Shown piece after piece: positions 1 through 13,013 of a stretch of DNA of 64,000 bases; within the stretch, counting starts at the first letter, position 1, and every line of letters begins with the position of its first letter. The position numbers and the translations under genes are program-made. Origin of the DNA: Cetorhinus maximus (lineage: Eukaryota); NCBI RefSeq assembly GCF_964194155.1, contig NC_135886.1, forward strand, positions 81,468,001 to 81,532,000, in the 5' to 3' direction. A model generated the notes under the pieces. That model did not search any database. It was given only the letters and a program-made list of their open reading frames with translations, and had not been told where the DNA came from.

Positions 1-53
1 TCTTCCTTTCAACATCATATTTATAAAAATTAGTATGAAGTAGAATATTTTAC

Positions 54-191
54 CTTCACAAAATGAATCAGCTGTTCTTTTTCATTTACTTGGTATGTAT
101 TTATCCCCAGCTCCTTTGCTAACCGCAAAATACGATTTTGAGTGGGTCCAACGTATGCTCCTCCTAAGTCAACGTACTGGAACTCTGGACC
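54..191 (-). CDS. MAO: Monoamine oxidase (MAO family), coding exon 3; gene continues beyond left edge
   Basis: Translates [46 protein letters not shown], matching the MAO-A/B motif [19 protein letters not shown]. 138 nt, phase 0/0, flanked by tag| acceptor and |gtaaaa donor. Confidence 0.93.
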
Positions 192-734
192 CTATGAGGA
201 ATAATTATATCAATAACATTATGATCTGTAGCATTTTTCTTCTTAGTTTCTTGTCTGCTATCCTGATGGCAAAGACTCCTGCTGATTTGGGTGTCAGTAT
301 TCCTCTGCTACATTGAATTGCTATTTTGCAAGTGCAAGTCTAGGCAACATTTGTTGACAAGCTATTTACAGTGTGGGCATCACAGGCAGGACAGATTCTG
401 TTGCATGATATTTGCACATATATGCTTTCCAGCATAATCAGGAATCTTCTTCAGTTCAATGACACTGAGACCAGCTTCGAAAGCTGCAAATCAGCTAATG
501 CAACAATAATCATTTGCATTCCCATTTCTCTCCTAAGGTGCAGGGAAATACCACAAGGAGCTTTACCTTGAGGATGCAGGCCTTAGCAGGAGGGAGTAAG
601 GGAGAATAAAGAGAATTTGGCTGAAAAGGCATGCTTGGGAAGGTTTGTTAAAGCAGGGAGAGATGATAAGAAAGAAATCAAGGGAAGGAGGCCCAGAGCA
701 CAGTGATGGTGCTAGCACACTGAGAACAGAATTT

Positions 735-3110
735 TTATTCATTCATTGGATGTGGGCATCACTGACTAGGCCAGCATATTTTGCCCATCCTTAATTGTCC
801 CCGAGAAGGTGGTGGTGAGCTCCCTTCTTGAACTGCTGCAGCCCCTGTGGTGTAGGCACTCCCACAGTGCTGTTAGGAAGGGAGTTCCACAATTTGATCC
901 AGCAACAGTGAAGGAACAGTGATGTAGTTCCGAGACAGGATGGTGTGTGAATTGGAGGCAAACTTGCAAGTGGCGGAGCTCCCCTACATCTGCTGCTGTT
1001 GTCCTTCTAGGTGGTAGAGGTAGCGGGTTTGGAAGGTGCTGTTGAAGGAGCCTTGTTGAGCTGCTGCAGTGCATCTTGTAGATAATATTTGCTGCTGCCA
1101 ATGTGCCTTGGTGGTGGAGGGAGTGAATGCTTAAGGTGGTGGATGGGATGCCAATCAAGCAGGCTGCTTTGTTCTGGATGGTGTAGAACTTCTTTTGTGT
1201 TGTTGGAAGTGGACTCACCCAGACAAGTGGAGAATATCCCATCACACTCCTGACTTATGGCTTGTAGAAGGTCGGCAAGATTTGCAGAGTCAGGAGATGA
1301 GTTACTTGCCTCTCGTAGCCACAGTATTTATATGGCTAGTCCAGTTCAGTTTCTGATCAATGGTAACCCGGGAATGTTCTAGTGAGGGAATCAGTGATGG
1401 TAATGCCATTGGATGTCAAGTGCGATGGTTAGATTCTGTCTTGTTGGAGATGGTCATTGCCTGGCACTTGTGTTATAAATACCTAGTTAATAGTTCATAG
1501 TAATATTTTAGAGGTAATTTTTAGTTCTTGGATGATTAAAGTTTAACTGTAGAAAATGGGATAAATGCAACTAAAGCAACTTGAAGACTGTTACATCAAA
1601 AAGGTTGGGGCCATGTTGACAGCTGGAAAGGTTAAGAGCACGAAACAGCAGGTGGGCTTACTTAGCTGGAGAAGTGGAAACAAGGTGTCGACACTGCTTG
1701 CAAAGAAATGCAGCCCAAAGAGTTGTGTTGCTTAGGGAGTTAAAGCTACCATTAATTTAAAAGCATTCAGTGAGCCCTGGAAGGCCATGTCTTCATGGAG
1801 ATCGGTGGAGCTTAAGAAAGTTCTATGGTTTCAATTTATCTGTGTGTTTGCTGGGGGAGTGAGTATTCTGCAGCAGGGGAAAAGGCCACACCAAAAATAT
1901 GCTGTTGTTCGCAGGCTCCTGGCAGCAAAAGTGTTGCTGTTGGCTGGCTTTGTGCAGCTGGGGCTCAGGGGAGCTGAGAAGGTGGCAGAAGGTCACTGCC
2001 TCCTTGCTAGAAAGGGTTAGGGCTCAGAAGAAGCCTGGGAGCCACTTATAGCATGGTGTAGCTGGGGAGATTGGAACTTGGTGAAATTCAGGGCAGTGCC
2101 AGCCTGTTGAAGCTAGCCGGCTATTAAAGAGCTGAAATTGCACGAGTAAATAGAGGCTGGCGTGCAGCCTCGGTAATCCAAGGGATGGAGTTTTGGGAGA
2201 CGAGATTGAAACCGTGGAGGTGTGCAGTTATTGAGGCAGTACGAGTTGGAGCAGCTTTGAAGGAATTCAGAGGCTTGATATTTGAAAGTGAAAAGTTTGG
2301 AGTCCTGCATGAGGGACACAGAGTTTCAACGAGCTTGTTTGACTCAGTATTTGCTGATTTCTGGGTGGGTTGATGAGAAGTCTGTGGGATCTGTCTTGGT
2401 TGCATTTACTATGTATTGTACAGTGTCATATGTTCAACCACAATTTGCCTGTTAAATCACATGTACCTCATATTAGCCCTGAATGTTAGAGCATAACATA
2501 GATATTGTAAATTATTTTATCTTTTTGACCTTATATGGTAAAGCTTAATTTTGTTTGTCCAAAACCCATGCAATCTTGTGGCTTTATTCTCGAAGCAAGT
2601 GTCTTGAATTTCAAACTTTGTCGATTTTAAACAAAACGTTATTGGTCCCTAACCAGATCTTCCCAAAAACTTGGGGGTCTGGTCTAGGATCATAATAATT
2701 GTGTGGCGCAAATGTTACTTGTCACTTATCAACCCAAGCCTGAATATTGTCCGTGCTGCACATGAACATGGACTGCTTCAATGTCTGAGAAGTCACGAAT
2801 GGTGCTGAACATTGTGCAATCATCAGCAAACATCTCCACTTCTGACTTTATGATGGGGAGAAGGTCATAGATGAAGCAGCTGAAGATGGTTGAGTAGGAC
2901 ACTACGCTGAGGGACTCCTGCAGCAATATCATGGGACTATGATGATTGACCTCCAACAATCACAACCATCTTCCTTTTTGCAAGGTATGACTCTGAACAG
3001 TGGAGAGTTTTCCCCCAATTCCCATTGACTTCAGTTTTGTTAGGGCTCCCTTATGCCACACTCAGTCAAATGGTACCTTGATATCAATGGCAGTCATTCT
3101 CACCTCAGGA
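735..3110 (-). mobile_element. 3' part of a CR1-group LINE (same family as 17271-19922 and 44243-47360), split by a solo LTR
   Basis: RT motif MFADD (ORF 2729-2959), C-terminal ORF 766-1245 and family 3' tail (aatgaatg). LINE sequence resumes at ~2698 after the insert. Confidence 0.85.
1471..2697. mobile_element. Probable solo LTR (~1.2 kb) inserted into the LINE
   Basis: Starts TGTTA and ends CATAATA (decayed ...AACA). Near-TSD cttg/attg. Interrupts the continuous LINE sequence ggcacttg|tgtggcgc. Confidence 0.65.
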
Positions 3111-4073
3111 AGAGTCCTGAGTTCATGAGGGTGGGATTTCAAGCAATTGACTAAATCATTCCTTTACTGAGGGAGGGGAAAGACATTGACACTAACAATA
3201 CACTGGCCTTTTGAACACAAGGTCTTCAGTTAAGCCGGGTAACATAATGGAATGACTGGGACAGCCAGAATTTTTTTTCCAAATTAGCGAGTGGCCCCAC
3301 CTTGTGTTTGCAAAGGTGGCTTTTGCTGCAGAATGGGGATCAGGCTTCAATTACAATGCATTCATGGTCCTTTCATTCACAGGCTCATGGTCAGCACATA
3401 TTATAGGGCAGCAAGGGTATTGGGTGCTGAATAAGCCTCTGTGTACAATAATTTGAGGCTCTGTTGTTCAAAGCACTACAATACTTCAGAAGTCACTAAT
3501 CACATTATTATCCAATTGAGTCACTAGGTGACACAAATACAATGTTTAACTTTAACTTCAAACTTTTCACTTTAAAATATCAAGCCTCTGAATTCCTTCA
3601 AAGCTGCTCCAACTCGAACTGCCTCAATGACGGCACACCTCCCAGGGTTTCAATCTCGTCTCCCGAAATATGGTTTTCAAGGAACTGCTCTATTACTGCC
3701 TGCATGGCTGACAAACTGGGCAAATAGGTTGTGCTATTGTTCAAACATGCAAATGACTGCACTCTTAGCAGTTCCAATACTCACTTCCCTCTAGTTCCAA
3801 CCTCAACTTTGCATAAAAAATATTAGAATTTGCATCAGTCCTTCTGAAGCATGTGTTGCAAGTACTTCTCATGGGCCACATTGCTAACCAAACATCCTTC
3901 ACATTAGCCAGTGCATAACCTAATCCTCCACAGAACATGGCCCAGATTCTGAATTACTCCTCCACAGAATATGTCCTGGGTCCTTTTGATTCCTGTAACC
4001 CAACTCCTAAATTAATTTCTGGAATATCTGCAACTCCTGAAACATAGAAGTTGGAGTAATTTTCATGACTTAC

Positions 4074-4168
4074 TTGAATAGTGTATGTTCTTCCGCCAAC
4101 ACGATCTCTAGCCTCCAAAACCACCACTTTCAGGCCCCTCTCTGTTAGGAGTTTGGCAGCTGATAGAC
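4074..4168 (-). CDS. MAO: Monoamine oxidase, coding exon 2
   Basis: (G)LSAAKLLTERGLKVVVLEARDRVGGRTYTIQ, with the flavin amine oxidase EARDRVGGR motif. 95 nt, ttctctag| acceptor, |gtaagt donor, phases match exons 1 and 3. Confidence 0.95.
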
Positions 4169-5494
4169 CTAGAGAATGAAGACAACAGGATAAGATAGGA
4201 ACCAGGATCTGTATGCCAAGGGAAAGCCTGGACGTGGACCAGTTGCATCAAAACTAAATAATTTTGCGTTAAAAGTCACCCCATGTTAATTCTTCAGATT
4301 CATCAGCTTCTCTGCATGATAGTCACAACAAAATAAAATGCTGTTGATCAACTTAAAATGGGCACACTTAGAATCAGGCTCAGGGCATTTGTGATCCTTT
4401 GTAGCAAGCCGAGAACCACACAGGAAAGTTTTATTTGTGATAACAGACTTGGACAATCTGGTCAATGGGCATCATCTAGGAAGTGTATAGTGTGGAAGAT
4501 AGCTGGTGATAGCTGGTCTTCCATAAGCTTGATTGGGTAATGTAAGGACATTCTTATTAAAATAGGACAATTTAGATATATCGTTGAGAGGAAGGAATTA
4601 GTGTGCACATCCTGTCGTTTTGTGACTCCACCCACTGGTCCTGCTAACTCTCCCTCCTTTTTCAAAGCTGCGTGTTAAAATGTTTTTCTTTCAAAACACC
4701 AGCAAATTCAGTTCCAAAAATTACAAAATAAATCTGTCTGCATTGCAAGCACCTTTCACTTCCACTACCGGTAAACCTGAGAGCTTAATGATCTTTCACT
4801 GATATAAATCAATTCAAAGTCATCCATCTGCATTCAGTATAGCGCTTGCCTCCCACTCATTTCCGATGCACTGACAGTACAATAAAGGTTTCTGAGATGA
4901 TCTCTTCAAGCTATTGAGGTGTAAATCAATACATGTCAAAGTACAGCAGTAGAGCAGGAAATTACACGCCTTGGAGAAAGGATTGTAAACAACTAAACAG
5001 GAATGATTTCAGAACACCAGCTGTTGTTGCTGAACCTACACATCATGCAACTTGCTTAATTTGATTCATTTTACGAATGCAATATCCTGTTTCAGTAGCT
5101 CAATTATAATCATAACTTTCAAAAGTAAATTTGCTTATGCATTGTCGAAAGCTTGTGTTGTCATTTGGTAAAATGCAAGTGAAGAATTTAACAAAAATGT
5201 GAAATATGATCAAATATATTTTGTACATAACTTCTACCCTTACAAGTAATTTCAGTGGACTCTTTTAATGGAGTGCTGAGGAGTTTTGAGCCATGCTCTA
5301 ATACTGAAACATGCTCTTTTACAGGTCCATACTGTCACATTCACTGCAAGGAAACCTTCTCACTGTAGCTGCGATACCTACTGCAGGATGGTCATGGCCT
5401 GAGCATGATGTTTCGCAATGCCTTCTTTCCTCATTTCTGATGATGCTACAGACTTATGAACTCCAGATACTGGCGTATAGTGTGTCACAAACGT

Positions 5495-5700
5495 CAACAA
5501 CAACAACATGTATTTATATAGCACCTTTAGAGTAGTAAAATGTCCCAAGGCACTTGACAGGAGCATAACCAGACAAAAACTAACAACAAGCCAAAGAAGG
5601 AGATATAGAGGACCAAACGCTCAGTTAAAGAGGTAGGTTTAAAGCAGCATCTCACAGGAGCGAGATGGGGTAGTGAAAAGGTTGCAAAGGAAGCTAGATG
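5495..5700 (-). mobile_element. L2 LINE 3' end fragment
   Basis: aacaacaac...atttatatagcacctt tail, closely similar to 7075-7250. Confidence 0.65.
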
Positions 5701-7074
5701 CAGGTTTGGCATACATTTTTATGCCAGTCACTTGTGGATTTTGAGGCTTAAAGGTTTCTACATTTAGTGTCCTTGCTGGTGTGTGGGCTGCAAAATCTTT
5801 GCTGGCTCTTCAAAGCTTCTGCTTCCTTTTACTCCTAATACTTCCAAATGCCTCCTTTAAAGTGTTGTTGCAGAAGCTTTAAAATTGGCCACCCTGCTGG
5901 AATACCCACCCCCAGATCAGTGAGCTGCCTTAGGGAACACATGCCATACTCGCAGTTATCTGGGGAAATGTAAATGAGGCCTGACCACAATAATGGCATA
6001 GATGCTGATGCGCTTGGGTGGGCACATCACATAGTCTCCCCCTCACATGCCTAATATACCTTCAAGTAAAAAGATTTACCTCAGATCTCCCCAACCTCCT
6101 CTATGTACATGGCCATGTAATACGTTATACTGATATACTGTGCTACAGAGTAGCAAGATATGTTTTCTCACATGCAAGTTCTCAGTGATAGGCTGGTCAT
6201 CAGGGCAAAGGCCCAAGTGCTCATGCAAATGGATGAAGGAAAATTGGCAGGCAACTCACTTTGTGTTTCTTGTGCACTCCTTGTGACTAGCCCAACAATG
6301 GCATTGTCAGAGTCCAATCTCTTGACCAGGAAATGTTTCGACACCTTTGAACTAGTTCTATGGGACAATGCCTGTAAAAATCTCCTCTGAGATTTCAGTG
6401 AAATAATTTAAAGCAAAACATCGAGGAGAAAAACATGATTTCATATTTGGCTCATCCCATCTCATCAGAAACCTGAGCAACTTTTTATTATTCTAGCCCA
6501 AGAAATATTTTGATCACAGTTTTAATTAAGATACTCCATGGGGCAGAATTTTATGTCGGTGGGATTTTACGGTCCCGCTGATGTTAGTGGACTTTTGAAT
6601 GGCTCGTCGCATTCGACAGCCCTGCCCCTTCGCACTGTATAATAAATCAAGCTGATACCTTTGAGAAACAATCTAGGCTATACTTTAATACCTTAAAGTT
6701 ATAATATTGTACCTCCCTGCTCTCCACAGCAAGATAATACACTGTTCTAAATCATCAATTCAAGAGCGAAAGGTACAAATTTTTTAAACTTTGTTACATA
6801 TACAATGAAGTTATGAATTGTAAATCCATCTATCTACAATGGTCCAGTACAAATGTTGACATTTTCCACATGCCATATAAAATTTTCATGATCCTAGCTA
6901 GAAAGACAGTAGCAACTCTCCACTAGCTGGTTCCTTGGCCACTATCAGCCCTTCTGGAGTATATGTGCTGTTCCATTTTCTCAGTGCTCTCTTCGCATCT
7001 TTCTTTTACACAGAAGCTGCAAGCTGAAGCCAAGGCTTGCAGCTCCTAAAAATATGTTTTTAAATTCCAATATT

Positions 7075-8870
7075 AACAACAACAGCTTATATTTACATAG
7101 CACCTTTTAATGTAATAAAATGTCCCAAGACACTTCACAGGAGCTTTAAAAGACAAAGTATGACACAGTTACATAAGCAGATATTAGATCAGATGACCAA
7201 AAGATTGGTCAAAGTGGTAGGTTTTAAGGAATGTCTTAAAGGTGGAAAATGGGGTAGAGAGGCTTAGGTCCTAGGCAGCTGAAGGCACAGCCACCAATGT
7301 TGGAGGGTTTAAAATCGCGGATGCTTGAGCAGGCCAGAATTAGATAAACGCAGATATCTTAGAAGGTTGTGTTGCTGGAGGAGATTACAGAGATTGGGAG
7401 AGGCAAGGCCATGAAGGAATTTGAAAACAAGAATGAAAATTTTAAAATCAAGACATTGCTTGATCAGGAGCCAGCATAGGTCAGCGAGCACAGGGATGAT
7501 AAGGAAATGGGGCTTGCTGTGAGTTAAGACACGGGCAGCAGAGTTCTGGATGAGTTAATTTTAGGGGGTAGAATATGGGAGACGAGCCAGGGGTGCATTG
7601 GAATAGTCGAGTCTAGGGGTAACAAAGGCATGAATGAGGGTTCCAGCATTAGATAAACTCAGACAAGAGTGGAATTGGGTAATGTAATAGGCAGTCTTAG
7701 TGATGGTACAAATGTGTGGCTGGAAGCTAATTTCAGGGTCAAATATAACACCAAAGTTGCGAACAGACTGATTTAATGTCAGACTGTTGTCAGGGAGAGG
7801 GGTGGAGTCAATAGTTAGGGAACGGAATGTGGAGTGGGGTTCAAAAACAGTGGCTTCAGCCTTCCAATATTTAATTGGAGGGAATTTCTGCTCATCCAGT
7901 ACTGGATGTCGGACAAGCAGTCTGATAATTTAGCAACAGTGGAGGAGTCAACAGATGTGGTGGTGAGATAGAACTTGTGGAAACTAACTCTGTACTTTCA
8001 GATGATGTTGCCAAGGGGCAGCATGAAATAGGGAGCCAAGAATAGATCCTTAGGGGGTACCAGAGATAATGGTGTGGGAGCAGGAAGAGAAGCCACTGCA
8101 ACTGATCCTCTGGTTATAGTTAGATAGATAAGAATGAACCAGGGAGGATATTCCCACCCAGTTGGACGAGTGGAGAGGCATTGGAAAATGATGGTGTGGT
8201 CAACCACGTTGAAGGCTGCAGACAGGTCGTAAAGGACAAGGAGGGAAACTTTGCACAGTCAGTCAGTTAGGTTGTCATTTGTGATGCTGATATGACCTGT
8301 TTTGGTTATGTGCCAGGGTAGAAACTTGATTGGATGGATTCAAACATGAAGTTCCAGGAAAGATGGGCACAGATTTGGGAGGCAACAACATATGCAAGGA
8401 CTTTGGAATTGAAGGGGAGGTTGGATTGGAAATGGGATGGTGGTTTGCAAGGGCAGTGGAGACAAAGGGTGTTTTTTTGAGGAGAGGGGTGATGATGGTA
8501 CATTTAAAGGAGAGAGGGGCAACACCTGAAGAAAGGAACCATTTACAATATCAGCTAATATGGGGACCAGGAGAAGTTGAGTTATCTGTAGTTTAGTGGG
8601 AATAAAATCAAAGGAACAGGACGTGGACAAAATGAGCTCAGAGAGGGCATAAGGGGAGATGGGAGTGAAACTGGAGAAAGATGCGGGTTCATAGCTAGGG
8701 AATGGGGGAGCTTTAAAGGAAATTTGGCCCAGTGGGCTATTGGAATGGTGGGTGTGGCAGAGGCAACAGATCGATGGTCCCAATCTTAGTGACTAAGAAA
8801 TTCATTAGCTCCTCGTACTTATTGTTAGAGGTGAGGCTGGACGAGATGGGGTAGGATTTTAATCAGATGG
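7075..8870 (-). mobile_element. L2 LINE, 5'-truncated and decayed
   Basis: L2 C-terminal peptide LCWL...FKIFILVFKFLHGLASP (ORF 7309-7491), RT remnants and (aac)n tail. Confidence 0.8.
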
Positions 8871-9109
8871 TTTGCAGAATACAAAGTAGAATTGAAACAG
8901 AATAAACAAGCTGCTACCAACCTCACAAAGCCCCATGAACAATAAACAATGAATATTTCATACTTTTAAAGGTGACTAAAAAAGGTTTATTACTATAATT
9001 TTTCCCTTAGGGCATTTCCCATTAAAGTCTAAGGAGGTCTGAAAATTATTTCAATCTATGGTGTCTTATACAATGATACCATGGTCAACCAATCATAAGG
9101 AAAGATATT

Positions 9110-10438
9110 GGTCAGGATTTTGTGGTAGTAATGATGGTAAAACTGTAAACTGTAAACTGATAGAAACTACTGGAGTCTGCTCATGCTCAGTTAAACATGG
9201 AAATCCAGAAGTTGCTTCTCCAAAGGGTGCGTTGTTTAAGGTCCTCTCAGACTGCAATCAAGCAGAAATCAGTTAATTGACAAGAACTTGACCTTTTACT
9301 TACTGTAAAAACCCTTGGAAGTGTTACATCTTGTTGAATGAAGTGTAACTAGGGCCAGGATTTTTCAGTCAACGTGCAGAGGTGGGCCCGACACACCGGC
9401 GCGTAAAGTGATGTGTGATGACGCTGGGCATGTGTCCCGACATCATCGCACTGTCTCATGATGTTTCACTCGGCGGCCGCCAATAGTTACAAGGCCTATT
9501 ATGGCCATTAAGGAACTAATTCATTTCAAATTTACGCTGCCCGTCCAACCTAATGGTTGGCAGGCAGGCGAAAAGGCCAAGCGGGATGAAGTTTCCTAAA
9601 GCCTTAACAAATTGAATAAAAAAAATTTCTGAAATATAAAAACATGTCCCCTCATGTGTCACATGAGGGGACATGTTTCATTACATTTTTATTCCATTTA
9701 GTTATTTATTTCAAAAGTGCTTCAATCTCCCTGAGGCAGCTCCGTGCCTTAAGAAGATTGAAGCTGGCCCCGACTCTCCCTCCTGCCCCCGCCCACACAG
9801 GTAGCGCTGAGTGCTACCGCTCGTGTAGTCCGCTAGGCGGGCCTTAATTGGCCTCCCCAGGTTAAATGGCGGTGCGGAGCCGATCGTGGGTGGCAGTTGG
9901 CTCCACAGATGCCCCCGCCCACCCCCAAAGAGTCCGCCCGATGCGGGAAAAATTCATACCTAGGTTTTAAACAAATGTACTAAGATCATGACTGCTGATG
10001 AAAAACCTCTCTGGCCCTGGAAAACTAATTTTATATTTGTGGAATGTCACATTTATCCACTATGATAAATTTTACGAATTTTTAAAATACTTTTTATAGA
10101 GATTTGTTTATGATAGTTCAGTTTCTACCTTAATCCTGTGTGAATGTCCCAATTATTTATTTTACATTCTGTAAAATGTAATTAAAAGTGAAGCATACTT
10201 GGTGCATTTTAATCTTTGGCATGCCTGTCTGTGAGAATGCTTCAATGTAATTGGCTACTTACCCTGCTTCATGACATCACTGTTGTTGGATGCCAGAAGA
10301 TCCCCTTGGCTTGATGCCAGAATCAAACTGATGTCAGGAAAGGGGTATCCAAGTCACAGAGATTCCTTGATTTTGTGAGCAGCTTTCTTCAAGGCCAGCA
10401 ACAAGTGACAACGCTTTGTCGCAGACCACAAAATCAGA
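9110..10438. mobile_element. Non-autonomous TIR element with a second TIR element nested at ~9352-9960
   Basis: Outer ends ggattttgtggt...accacaaaatc. Inner GC-rich element gggccaggattttt...aaaaattcatacc is flanked by TA. Confidence 0.55.
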
Positions 10439-10454
10439 GTTAATCTATCATGTC

Positions 10455-10890
10455 AGTCTTGGCTTAGTGGTGGCAGTCTCGCATCTGAGTTAGAAAACTG
10501 GATTTAAGCTCTACTCTAGAGACTTGAGCCTATATTCTAAGCTGACACTTCAGTTCAAGCTGATAGGGTGCTGCAGTTTCAGAGGTGCTGTCTTTCAGCT
10601 GCAATGTTAAAGAGAAGCCCTTTCTGCTATCTCATAGGAGTGTAAGAGATCCCAATGCTCTATTCATAGAAGAGCAAGAGAAGAATCAGGATCACCAGTT
10701 ACCTTTCAACAAACATCAGAGATTTTCATCATTTTCTCCTTGCTTTCTATGCGATCTTGCAGTTTGCAAATCTCCTGTTGTCTTTCCCCACATGACAAAA
10801 GTCACTAGACTTCAAAAAGTAATGAATTGGCTGTGAAGTTCTTTAGGATGTGCTAAGGTCATAAAGACAACCATGTAACTTCAAATTATA
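10455..10890 (+). mobile_element. Old tRNA-headed SINE with conserved core and L2-like tail
   Basis: tggcttagtgg A-box-like head and core ggtgctgtctttcag. Related copies at ~14970-15300 and 62797-63290. Confidence 0.55.
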
Positions 10891-11029
10891 TAGTTTTAAT
10901 TCATTACCACCAATAAATTTCCAGATGTTTCCGTTATAAAATTGGCAAAATCTCTTCCTCCTTTGTGAAAAACCCTTAAAATTGGAAGCAATTTGGCACA
11001 TTCTCTCTGTACCAGCTCTTCAAGCTACC

Positions 11030-11320
11030 CAACATTATTTTGAATTGCCCTAAATCTCTGCTTAACCTTCCCTGCTCTAAGGAAATTGAATCCACCCCAT
11101 CCTGGCACCATTCCAGTAAATCTCCTCTGTAGTTTCTCCAAGGTCTTTAAATCCTTCCTCAAGTGTGGTGCCCAGATATGGATACAATCTATCAGCTAAG
11201 GCCAAACAGCAATTTATAAAAGTTTGCAATGAATTCCTTACTTCTGCATTCATGCCTCTGCTTATAAACCTAAGGATCCTATATGCATTTGTAACACCTT
11301 TATCAACTTGCCCTACCATT
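11030..11320 (-). mobile_element. CR1 LINE 3' fragment
   Basis: ORF2 C-terminal remnant (KGVTNAYRILRFISRG). Confidence 0.6.
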
Positions 11321-12955
11321 AAATATTAGGCCCAAAATGAGTGTGTATCACATCTGTGATGCCAGAATGGTAAGGACTCAGCGAGTCTCATTTGGGGCAT
11401 TTATGTTGACGTCCAATGTGTTGAGTGAGTGGAGGTGTCCAAGTCTCCACTGTGTTATATGTGCTCACCACCACCAACCCTATTAAGCTCCACGCCAACA
11501 CACAGCTAGTTCCAAGCATCTTGCTCAAAGGATTACAAAATTAGTTCCATTATCTCTGCTTTAAACAACAAAAAAATCCATTAAAATTTAACCCATTATT
11601 AAAATATATTGGGCCAAATCCTCCTGGAAGAATAGCAGTGTGTTCATGACATACGCCATTATTAACCTGCAAATTGGCAACCAGGTTCAGGGAATGAATA
11701 GATATGGCTTGAGTTGCAAATCTTCATAATTTGCTGGTTGATTTACACTGCTCTGCTGTTTGCTTTGTTGAAACAGCTTCTCCTTCTCAACACTCCCAAT
11801 ATTTGAAGAAATTAATGCATTTGCACATTAATTTCCCTTTTAACTCACCACAGAATGATAGGTTCATAGTTAATAGTGTAAGTGCTCTTTCAACAGCATG
11901 ATCCTTGGTTAATACAATACAAATCAATCTTACAGAGAAAGGGAATGATTTAAATTGCTGAGTCTCAGCAGTAAAGCCTTCATAGAAATGTCATATTTGA
12001 TTTTTCTTTTCCTCTCTGGCCCTTTTTTTTCTCTCAGTCCAATCTTTCTTTCCCTCTCATTATTTTTCTTCTTGTGCTTGATTTGAATCTAATTCACCAT
12101 TCTTCTCTTTTGTTTCTGTTTCTTTCTTAATCCTCATTAGTTAAGGACCTAGGTCGTCAATCCTGTCATTCACTAAGTTTCGAGATCCCCCATTGCCTCA
12201 CTAAGCCATTCATCAGCCCGCATTTTCAGCAAATTATGGAGTAAAATATTTTCGAGCTAAAGATTGCAGGAAAAGATCTACCTAACAGGGCATGCCCGCT
12301 AGATGCCCCAGTTCAACAAAATTTGTCTCATTATGTTTTACATCCCTTTTTTTATTTCCAGTCATCTGTTGATTATATTTTTTAAAATGCCTGTCTGAAC
12401 AATGAGAGCTGATTGCCTTACTAGGGGAAGGGGAAATTGGCTCATACCATGAATTAGTCGGAAGGTCTGTAGACTCAACAAAAATACACATTATAAATGG
12501 AATTATGACTAATAAAACTATATAGAATGCCTGCAGTAAAAAGCACCCTCATTGTAACAGGCTCTGACATCACACCAATCATTCACAGCTCTGCAAAAAG
12601 ATTGCATATAAATGTCTTCTGTGAAACAGACAACTCAGTACAATGATACGTGCAGCTCACACAAACATGAAGTCTGAATTTTAAATAAAAACTAAATCAA
12701 TGTTCATAAAAAACAAAACATTTTCCGTTTTACTATTCTTTGGATAAATTGGGAAAAAAAACTTTTTTTCAGAAATGATGAATAAATTCTAACATATTCG
12801 TAAAAGTATTAATGAATTATTGTCCTAAAGCATAATACCCATTCATTCATAAAGCATAAGCTGCTTTTCATTTTAATAACTTCAGCTCTGAACCCATTCT
12901 GCTAGGGGAAGAAGCATGAAACTGAAAAACAATGAAGAACAATGAAGAAACTCAC

Positions 12956-13013
12956 CCGACAAGCCCCCGCCAATGATTATCACGTCTTGTTTTCCACTGG
13001 ACATTTTCTCCAT
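12956..13013 (-). CDS. MAO: Monoamine oxidase, coding exon 1
   Basis: MEKMSSGKQDVIIIGGGLS(G), the FAD-binding GxGxxG fold. In-frame TAA three codons upstream of the ATG, |gtgagt donor, phase 1 matches exon 2. The second ATG (MSSGK) could be the real start. Confidence 0.9.
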
